This document shows positions 56,799-64,000 of a stretch of 64,000 bases of DNA, in pieces (positions within the stretch are counted from its first letter, which is position 1; each line of letters opens with the position of its first letter). Where the stretch lies: assembly GCA_025059535.1 (NCBI GenBank), contig JANXCX010000019.1:68363-132362 (forward strand). The letters run 5' to 3'. The position numbers were made by a program, and so were the translations under genes. Below the pieces are notes generated by a model. The model searched no databases. It was given only the letters and a program-made list of their open reading frames with translations, and had not been told where the DNA came from. The DNA comes from Bacteroidia bacterium. GTDB taxonomy: Bacteria > Bacteroidota > Bacteroidia > SpSt-205.

Positions 56799-57779
56799 TT
56801 AGAAGCGCGGGCAGGGATAGTTGCGGCGGCGACGGGTGCCAAGAGACTGACGCTCTTGGCTAAACTCTACTACCACCGATACCTCGTGCGAACCCGCTGA
56901 AAGGCGATTTGTAAGGGAAGAGATGGTATAGTCATAAGAGTAACCCACACGGAAAATACCCTTCTGGAGCCCCACTAATCCAATGATGGCGTCTTGATGG
57001 CGGTACCACACCCCTATAACAATCGGCAAACTGGTAAAGTATAGCCCTACATCCAACTGCTGAAAGGGACGCTGGATCCGATACATCACCGCTGGCCCTA
57101 AGGCTTGGCGCCCCTCCCGCAGGGGATCTAGAGGAATTTGGGCCCCCGCAAAAAAATTCGCACGTATGGGGAGTCGAGCATCTGCAGGATTAGCTAAAGA
57201 GCTTCTATAAAACCGTTGGGTGGGCTGAGTAATATGCATGACTGAAGTACCTACATAGAGGTATTTGTTATAGTATAATGCGCCAGCCGCGACATCTTCA
57301 TGGATTCTATTCTGGAAGAAGTTGCGTTCTTGCGTAGGCAAAATAAAGCCAGCGTTGGGATCTATTTGGTCTGGGAAGCGGAGTCGGAAGAAGTCTATAC
57401 TGCTCTGCACGATACCCCCAGCAATCCCCATGCTAAAGGCGCTTGTACGGGTCAGCTCTATATGAATAGCATAATTGAGTAGGACATTTAGCTTAGTAAG
57501 GTTGCCTTCGCCGGCTTGGTCGGCCATGAAGCTTAGGCCCAGCCCATTACGGACACGCCCAAAAAAGATTGGCTGGTCATACACCGCCGCGAAAGTGCGG
57601 TAATACCCTGGAATAGCCGTCCATTGCATGCGGTAAGCCAAGGCAATCCGAGGTCCTTCGCCAATCCCCGTAAAGGCCGGCGACAGGATTACCTGATTTG
57701 CGAAAAACTGCGAAAACTGCGGATCTTGTGCAAGCCCCAAGCCCAGACAGAGAAGTGAGTAGCCTACCCTTTTGTTCAT
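56799..57779 (-). CDS. Type IX secretion system membrane protein, PorP/SprF family
   Basis: Signal peptide then QDPQFSQFFANQVILSPAFTG (PorP/SprF signature QDPxFSQY..NP..NPA..G). 326 aa beta-barrel-like. Confidence 0.75.
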   Translation of the reverse strand: MNKRVGYSLLCLGLGLAQDPQFSQFFANQVILSPAFTGIGEGPRIALAYRMQWTAIPGYYRTFAAVYDQPIFFGRVRNGLGLSFMADQAGEGNLTKLNVLLNYAIHIELTRTSAFSMGIAGGIVQSSIDFFRLRFPDQIDPNAGFILPTQERNFFQNRIHEDVAAGALYYNKYLYVGTSVMHITQPTQRFYRSSLANPADARLPIRANFFAGAQIPLDPLREGRQALGPAVMYRIQRPFQQLDVGLYFTSLPIVIGVWYRHQDAIIGLVGLQKGIFRVGYSYDYTISSLTNRLSAGSHEVSVVVEFSQERQSLGTRRRRNYPCPRF

Positions 57780-57847
57780 ACTACTGCTGCCCTATTCAAA
57801 GGCAAATATAGGAGAAAAAGGAATTTAGATTTGCAACTGCGCGTTGG

Positions 57848-59890
57848 CTAGTTAGAGGTCAAACGGCCTTGAGTAGCTAGGCGGCGCTTTTCCTGCTCTA
57901 TGAGCTGCCAGAGGGTCTCTAAATCCGCTACAGGACGCAGGCAGGCTCCGTAGGTACAGAGGCACCAGTGCTCAGGGGACAGACCCGTATAGCTAGTGAA
58001 GGCTGGGATAGCGGTCTCCTCCTGGGCCACAAACCCTACCCAGCCTATTTCTGGGGCATACCGGCTCCACAAAGGAGCGATTGAAGGGCCTCGGTAGATT
58101 ACTGCAAAGGGGCTGCGCTCCTCTAAAAGGGCTACCTGCAAAAAGTGACTGGCTAGAGTAGGGTTCTCGGCTAGCTGCCGCCGCAAACGAGCCAAAATCC
58201 GTTCCACTTTTTCCTGATAATCGCTGCGCTGAAAGTAGCGGCTGAGCCGCCAAAGCGCCTCAGCAAAAAGCGAATTTGAAGAGGGCGTGCTGGTATCAAA
58301 TATATCCTTGCGCCGCTCGGGCATGAACCGCAAGGTGTGCGCCGTAAAGCAGAATACCCCTTCTTGCGGGTCGTAAAAGAGCTCAAGACTGCGCTCCATA
58401 AAATCTAAGGCACGCAGCAGGTAGGTTTCATTGCCGGTTACCGTGTAAAGGGCAATAAGGGCTACCGTGAAAGCGGCATAATCTTCGGCGAAGGCCTCTC
58501 CATACCAGCGATCCTCCTTATGGATACGCTGAAGGTCTACGCCAGTGGATGGAAGCAGTGCATGGACAGCTCGTCGGGCGGCATACAGGTAGGAGGGCTC
58601 TTGAAGGGCCTTATAGGCTTCTATAAGGCCTAGGATGGCGTAGCTATTCCAAGCAATGATGGCGGCTTCGTCGCGCTCAGGGGGCACCCGCTGCCGGCGC
58701 ACCTGACGCAGGCGCATGTGCGCCTCAGCCAGAGCCTGGCGCACGGCTTCCACAGAGAGCCCCAGACGCTCAGCCACCGCTTCATCTTCTAAGGCCCTAT
58801 ACAGCACATTCTGCCCATCCTTCCAGTTTCCCTCGGGCATCACCTCATAAGTAGCAAAGAAAACCTTTTGGAGGTCGGGCTTTTCAAGTGCTGCTTTGAG
58901 TTCTTCTAGGCGCCATACATAGTATTTGCCTTCCTCCCCTTCACTTTCGGCATTTAGGGAAGCGGCAAAAAGGCCGTCGGGCAACTGCAGGCTTTCTAAC
59001 AGGAAAGCGGCGGTTTTCTGGATGACTTCCTTGTAGAGCGGGAGCGGATTATGGCGGTAGGCTTCGCTGTAAAGAGCCAGGAGTAGGCCATTGTCGCACA
59101 AAAGCTTTTCAAAATGCGGTATGCGCCAGAAGCGGTCAGTACTATAGCGCATGAATCCCCCCTCTATCGGATCAAATAGACCCCCCATAGCCATCTTCTT
59201 GAGAGTAAGATGGGTAGCCGAGATTAGTTGCGGTTTCTCTAAAAGTATGCCAGCTCTAAGCGAAAAAAGCCAGCGGCTGGGCATAGGGAACTTGGTATTA
59301 TTCCATTCACCGCCCCATATCCAGTCAATATCGCGTAGAAGCGCCTCTATTACTATTTCCCAGGGCACAGGATAGCGCGCCGTAGAAGAGACAGGCTCAA
59401 GCACTTTTGCATCCAGCTTCTGGATAGCTTCGCTGAGACGGCGCGCCATTTCCTGGACCTCTTGAGGGTTTTCGCGGTAGAGGCGGCTCAATCGCTCTAG
59501 AAGCGCCATCCAGGATTTTTTAGGCAGATAGGTAACCCCATAGAAGGGTCGGCCATCAGGTAGGGTGAAGCAATTGAGAGGCCAACCGCCTGGCCGCCCA
59601 GAAATAAGAAGGGCATCCATATATAATTGATCCACATCGGGTCGCTCCTCCCTATCTACCTTTATGCAGACGAAATGCTGATTCATTAGGCGGGCAACTT
59701 CCCGATCCTCAAAGCACTCGCGCGCCATTACATGACACCAGTGGCAGGAAGCATACCCAATGCTGATGATAATAGGTTTATTTTCTTTCCAGGCTTTTTG
59801 AAAGGCCTCTTCACTCCACGGATACCAGTCCACCGGCTGGTGGGCATGGGCCCGCAAATAGGCACTCTGCTGTCCAACAAGATGATTCAT
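57848..59890 (-). CDS. Thioredoxin-domain protein of the DUF255/YyaL family (thioredoxin + six-hairpin glycosidase-like domain)
   Basis: PVDWYPWSEEAFQKAWKENKPIIISIGYASCHWCHVMARECFED is the DUF255 thioredoxin-like start. About 680 aa, as in the family. Confidence 0.8.
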   Translation of the reverse strand: MNHLVGQQSAYLRAHAHQPVDWYPWSEEAFQKAWKENKPIIISIGYASCHWCHVMARECFEDREVARLMNQHFVCIKVDREERPDVDQLYMDALLISGRPGGWPLNCFTLPDGRPFYGVTYLPKKSWMALLERLSRLYRENPQEVQEMARRLSEAIQKLDAKVLEPVSSTARYPVPWEIVIEALLRDIDWIWGGEWNNTKFPMPSRWLFSLRAGILLEKPQLISATHLTLKKMAMGGLFDPIEGGFMRYSTDRFWRIPHFEKLLCDNGLLLALYSEAYRHNPLPLYKEVIQKTAAFLLESLQLPDGLFAASLNAESEGEEGKYYVWRLEELKAALEKPDLQKVFFATYEVMPEGNWKDGQNVLYRALEDEAVAERLGLSVEAVRQALAEAHMRLRQVRRQRVPPERDEAAIIAWNSYAILGLIEAYKALQEPSYLYAARRAVHALLPSTGVDLQRIHKEDRWYGEAFAEDYAAFTVALIALYTVTGNETYLLRALDFMERSLELFYDPQEGVFCFTAHTLRFMPERRKDIFDTSTPSSNSLFAEALWRLSRYFQRSDYQEKVERILARLRRQLAENPTLASHFLQVALLEERSPFAVIYRGPSIAPLWSRYAPEIGWVGFVAQEETAIPAFTSYTGLSPEHWCLCTYGACLRPVADLETLWQLIEQEKRRLATQGRLTSN

Positions 59891-60699
59891 AAATAGCTAG
59901 TATGAGGTGAATTCAATGCGGTTAAGTAAGCTTTATTTAGATGGCCTATCAGCTGCAGGCATATGTGGGCCACCGTGCGCACATCCTTTAGACAATACTC
60001 CTTGACCTTATCAAAAGCCCTTTCCTCACCTTTGGCCTCCCATTGATAAAATCGCTCTCTTATCTCTCTATGGCTAAGCGACTTGACAAAGTCTATTCCC
60101 AAAGCCTGCGCTAAAACCTCTAGGCTTACCCGTCGCCGTTCATCAAACGAGCCAAAGCTCCACATACGTATGGTGTCCAGTATTCCTGGATTAGATTGCC
60201 AAGGCGGCTTATACTGCAGCTCTTTCCATAGGCTGGGTAGATTTATTCCGTTGACTACCATACGCCGGCCTAAAAAGGGTATATCAAAGTCTTGAAGGTT
60301 ATGACCACAAATCCAGAAGGTAGGCCGATAAGTACTTCGAACTATATTATATTGGCTGTCTAAATTTAGCCACTTACTTATAAACTTCTCTAATAGATTC
60401 TTCTCATCTAAGTCAGTTATTAGGTACTCATGCCACTCTATAGCTCCATTTTCTTCATGGAAGCGTCCGAGCCCTATGCAGGCTACGCGCCCGAAAAGTG
60501 CATGGATAGCGCTTTCATCAAGGTATGCCGATATTCTATGATACTTGTCTTTCCAGTGTTTTTGCTGCCAATCCTCAAGCTCTACATAGCTGCTTTTTAT
60601 CGGCACCGTCTCTATATCCAGAAAAAGTATGAAGTTAGGATGAAGCCGATCCTGAACTACTTCACCTCGGCGGGCCTGCTCTTGAGGTACCGAGCTCAT
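59887..60699 (-). CDS. RNase H-like 3'-5' exonuclease-domain protein (PolB-exo-like, YprB family)
   Basis: FILFLDIETVP (exo I DxE), CGHNLQDFDIPFL (exo II), and a later YCLKDV (exo III). Confidence 0.6.
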   Translation of the reverse strand: MSSVPQEQARRGEVVQDRLHPNFILFLDIETVPIKSSYVELEDWQQKHWKDKYHRISAYLDESAIHALFGRVACIGLGRFHEENGAIEWHEYLITDLDEKNLLEKFISKWLNLDSQYNIVRSTYRPTFWICGHNLQDFDIPFLGRRMVVNGINLPSLWKELQYKPPWQSNPGILDTIRMWSFGSFDERRRVSLEVLAQALGIDFVKSLSHREIRERFYQWEAKGEERAFDKVKEYCLKDVRTVAHICLQLIGHLNKAYLTALNSPHTSYL

Positions 60700-60700
60700 A

Positions 60701-63700
60701 TTATCTCAAAAGATAGGCGGAAAAGCGCTGTACAAACTCCTCTTTCTCATTAGGATCGGCCGCTACGAGCTGAAGGCGGGGCTTAGAGGGGTCTTTGTTA
60801 TAATCCTTCTGCTTCTCAGCCGCCTGGCGAATCTGCCGATTAAGCACCGGATCACTGGTAATAAGCCGCACCACATAGCCAGAATACATGAGGAAGAGCC
60901 AGTTCCCTTCAGTGGGCTCTATTAGAATGGTTAGGATGTCGGGATTACGCTTGCGTTCGGCTGGATTATAGGCGCCGAAGCTGTATTCTATCTTGGCCGG
61001 GCAGAACTTACCTATGCCTATCCCGCCTAGGCCCGCTACCCCCACTTCAGACCGTACAATGAGATTGCCCGTAGAGTCGTCGCGCTGAAAAGGCACCTGA
61101 GTCAGCAGCAGGGTAACAGGAAGCTTTTTAGGAAAAGGCACACTACGCGCTATACTACTGCGCTGGGCCGCGCGCAGGATTTCCTTTACATTTTCTTCCG
61201 GCTGGGTGGGGTCAGGATCTACTAGCTCCGCAATAGCTTCTAAAAAGCGCTGGTCTTTGTAGTCAATATCATTAAGGGCTAGAGCCCAAAGATAGAACTT
61301 ATTTCCTATAGCCTCCACTACATTGGCTGGAATATTGGGAAAGTGCAGGGCGAAGATAAGGTCAGTAGAGAGCTTCTGGTAGCGCTGCTCTTCGCGCCAC
61401 ATGCCGGCTACAGCTAGCTGGGCGCCATTCTCTGGGAAAGCGGCCGGAAAATTGATACGGCCATAAGCCGTAGTGATGCGTGCGGCGTCGTTATATTCTA
61501 CCCAGTTGCCTTTGTAGGTTTGGCCATTTATTTTACTAAGTGGGCCTATGCGGAAGGCCTTCGTAGCCCGATCCACCGATAGCCCCCCTTCGGCTACAAG
61601 TACATCTTGGTCATCCTTATTGCGGCGCGGCTGGAGAAAATTCGTGTAAAAACTTCTATAAATAGGCACAAAATGTACGCCCACGGTAAGTTCCTGACCT
61701 TTTTTATTCCGAGGTGAGCGAATGGGTATAAATATGGTATCGGGATTTACGTACCCCTCAAAGGCAAACCAGGATTCGCGCAGAAATTCATTAGAGGACT
61801 GAATGCGCACCTCCCCATTGAAGTAAAGAAAGCGGTGGTCGGCCTTAAGGCGTACCGCGTCTCGGAAGAGAATCCGATCGGTAACTAAAAATTCGTCTTC
61901 GGCTTTGATTTTCGCCTGGGCTGTAGTAATCCCTTCTTCCACGTAGATGCTGTCTAGGGCAATATATTGCACTTTGCCCTCTATGGGCACGTACTGGTAT
62001 TTACCCTTTGCGGTGTATTCGGAGCCCGAGAGCACCTGTACGGTAGCTTCTACAATAGTATGGTAGTTGAGTTTTGTAGGGGCTTTTAGGACGGCATTTT
62101 GGAGGGGGGCAATTTGACCATCTGGCAGGAAGGCCACGCGCCCGCCAGAGGGGAAAACCGTAGCATCCGCCACCACCAGCGAGTCTACCTTGCCCGCCTC
62201 TAGGGCACCAGATTTGAGGTTATAGGCCAAGTGTTGCGTATGGAAAAAGACATCTTTACCGCGCTTGCTCTTCTGTAGGATGAAATTCTTACTTTCATCG
62301 GGCACATGCGGCGAAAGCACTATATCACCCGTCTCTCGCTGATAGGTACCTTTCCCCAGTGACGTAGCGATAGCTAGCTTAGGGAATTGAATATTTGGCT
62401 CACCTACGCGCATGGAGGCAAATTCGCCCTGATGCTTCTGGACGTCGTAGGTTAGCTCTATTCCTTCGGCGTAGAAAATCGTATCTTTTTTGGTTTTGGG
62501 GTCTACGAGGGCAAATTGGGCTTCTACGGCTTTGAAGTCGGCTGGACCGAAACTGAAGGAACGGCTCTGGATGCGGGCCTCGCCGGTCTCTAATACGCCA
62601 TTGGCTCGGAGACCCTCTGCGGTATAAATGAGGCTACCTCGGAAGGAAGCCGCGCCGGCAAAAAGCTGCGCCGGCTTTTCGCCTGTTTCCAGTATCATTT
62701 GGCCTTGATAAGGATACCATTTGAAGCGCAGACCCTCTCCCTTTACTTCGGGGTAGCGTGTAAGCGCATATTGGCTCGACGGCAAAAGGAGCTTAGCCCG
62801 CTCCGCCATACAAGAGTCAAAATGAAACACAAACGTATCCGCCTGTACCTGAGCAGTAAGATACTCTATACGCCCGCGCGCATGGAGAGCAAAATTATCC
62901 ATCGTAACCTGGCCAGTCAGCTTGCCTTTACCTTTGTAGATAGGTAGGCCTGAAGCAAAGACTTCCTGTATGCCGTAGCTTCCATCGGGCACGACCTTAA
63001 GGGTGTCGCGAAAAGGGGGCAAGATACTGTCGGAATAAAAAACTCCATGAAATTCAAGCCCTAAAAGGCTAAAAGTCTCTAAACTATCCAGCATAAAAGG
63101 GTCAAGCTCAAAGTATAAGCGGTCGCGTTTGTATTGGCCATCCTGTATGGAAGCTGCATCCCAATATTTGTACGATTCGGTATAGCAGTCTAAAACGGCA
63201 TAGTAAGGAATGGAATGGCGCCCACTTTTGTTTGAAGGGTGGTCTATATAAATGCAGCCGCTGACATTTTCTATGCGAAGGGAGGCCAAGGAGCGGGCTA
63301 AGCGGGGAAAGCGACCCAGGCGAAAAATCGGATCCCGCTCTGGCCGAAACTTAAGAGAATCTAAGTTGAAAAACAAAATCTTGAATCCCTCGTAGTCAAA
63401 TTGCATGCGGGTTTCAGGCCAGCTGTAGAGGTCTAACTTACCTGCTGCCAACCGTCCCGCTAATCGCATAGAGCGATTGCCTCCTAAATAAATTGTACCC
63501 TTGTAAGGCGCTATTTCCACAATATGGGAGTCGGCAAATACTACTGCTTCTACGCCACGCACCGTGAGTTCTTTGGTGCGAAGGTTTAGGTAGGCGTTAT
63601 CTCCCTCTTCGGTGCGCGAAAGGATGCGTAGGGCATCGTAGTCTTTCTCCCCCCATGCCGCCTGAGCCCATCGTATCAGCTTAGGTAAGGGCTCTATTCG

Positions 63701-64000
63701 GCCGATATCAGACTCATAGCGCAGAAACCCATAGGTGGCCACATCTTCTAAGCGCATCCGAAACGCCCGCTCATAGCGGGCCACATCCACATTCTGACTT
63801 TTTAGAACGTCCGTGTCCAAGATGTAATTACGCACGGCAGGGCGCCGCCTCCCTCGTGTGGCGGTTTGACGCTCTTTTATCACCTTATAGATGGCCCCCA
63901 AAGGATGGATCGGCATGATATCCTTGTAGCTTTCATATTCACGCTGGTTGAAGTAGTCCATAGACTGGACTACGCCATATTTACCCTTCGGGTCAATGAT
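60701..64000 (-). CDS. Very large hypothetical protein (>1086 aa, probably 5'-partial at the window edge)
   Basis: The ORF from 63961 has no upstream in-frame stop before the window end (IIDPKGKYGVVQS precedes the Met). Beta-rich. No catalytic motif recognised. Confidence 0.5.
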   Translation of the reverse strand: MIDPKGKYGVVQSMDYFNQREYESYKDIMPIHPLGAIYKVIKERQTATRGRRRPAVRNYILDTDVLKSQNVDVARYERAFRMRLEDVATYGFLRYESDIGRIEPLPKLIRWAQAAWGEKDYDALRILSRTEEGDNAYLNLRTKELTVRGVEAVVFADSHIVEIAPYKGTIYLGGNRSMRLAGRLAAGKLDLYSWPETRMQFDYEGFKILFFNLDSLKFRPERDPIFRLGRFPRLARSLASLRIENVSGCIYIDHPSNKSGRHSIPYYAVLDCYTESYKYWDAASIQDGQYKRDRLYFELDPFMLDSLETFSLLGLEFHGVFYSDSILPPFRDTLKVVPDGSYGIQEVFASGLPIYKGKGKLTGQVTMDNFALHARGRIEYLTAQVQADTFVFHFDSCMAERAKLLLPSSQYALTRYPEVKGEGLRFKWYPYQGQMILETGEKPAQLFAGAASFRGSLIYTAEGLRANGVLETGEARIQSRSFSFGPADFKAVEAQFALVDPKTKKDTIFYAEGIELTYDVQKHQGEFASMRVGEPNIQFPKLAIATSLGKGTYQRETGDIVLSPHVPDESKNFILQKSKRGKDVFFHTQHLAYNLKSGALEAGKVDSLVVADATVFPSGGRVAFLPDGQIAPLQNAVLKAPTKLNYHTIVEATVQVLSGSEYTAKGKYQYVPIEGKVQYIALDSIYVEEGITTAQAKIKAEDEFLVTDRILFRDAVRLKADHRFLYFNGEVRIQSSNEFLRESWFAFEGYVNPDTIFIPIRSPRNKKGQELTVGVHFVPIYRSFYTNFLQPRRNKDDQDVLVAEGGLSVDRATKAFRIGPLSKINGQTYKGNWVEYNDAARITTAYGRINFPAAFPENGAQLAVAGMWREEQRYQKLSTDLIFALHFPNIPANVVEAIGNKFYLWALALNDIDYKDQRFLEAIAELVDPDPTQPEENVKEILRAAQRSSIARSVPFPKKLPVTLLLTQVPFQRDDSTGNLIVRSEVGVAGLGGIGIGKFCPAKIEYSFGAYNPAERKRNPDILTILIEPTEGNWLFLMYSGYVVRLITSDPVLNRQIRQAAEKQKDYNKDPSKPRLQLVAADPNEKEEFVQRFSAYLLR

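Overview
GC-rich chromosomal segment (roughly 55-60% GC by eye) from a Bacteroidota-type organism. The lineage is inferred from a PorV signature (ITTAVPFLLICPDARSGGMAETGVA), a PorP/SprF N-terminus (QDPQFSQFFAN), a GldK/PorK-like lipoprotein, TonB-dependent receptors with CarboxypepD_reg N-domains, and TAnnTTTG-type -7 promoter boxes. Most of the window is densely packed housekeeping on both strands: gpmI, aroA, aroB, etfAB, lpxB, fbp, pspA, anmK, gatB, atpFHAG, murQ, purF, recQ, sodA, an HU-family gene, kdsB, and two tRNAs (Ser-UGA, Asn-GUU). Several less ordinary elements are interspersed. (1) A co-directional minus-strand block at 17.3-28.7 kb carries a zinc-ribbon/dual-SAM-methyltransferase fusion, TolC, HlyD, and an ABC exporter. 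The exporter has a cysteine-less C39-like domain and a nucleotide-binding domain (NBD) in which the Q-loop, signature, Walker-B Glu and H-loop His are all substituted. The block also holds gatB and two secreted proteins of unknown function, one with a PST-rich linker and a tandem C-terminal domain duplication. (2) An orphan small signal-peptide ORF (68 aa, C-terminal CWGGVC) has its own rho-independent terminator. (3) A TonB-receptor/lipoprotein/secreted-protein operon has a poly-C(9) tract inside the lipoprotein gene. (4) An orphan PorP/SprF + GldK-like pair lacks gldLMN. (5) A radical-SAM protein with an unusual N-terminal domain lies next to a CarboxypepD_reg-domain protein and an unknown gene. 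(6) Two translation oddities: aroB has no canonical start codon upstream of its conserved N-terminus and overlaps the etfA stop; the fbp ATG lies 2 nt after the tRNA-Ser 3' end, and a Tat-signal SOD has a tandem-duplicated promoter box ending 5 nt before its ATG. No CRISPR array, transposase or integrase was recognised. Both window edges cut genes: a multi-PAS protein at the 5' end and a >1086-aa protein at the 3' end.
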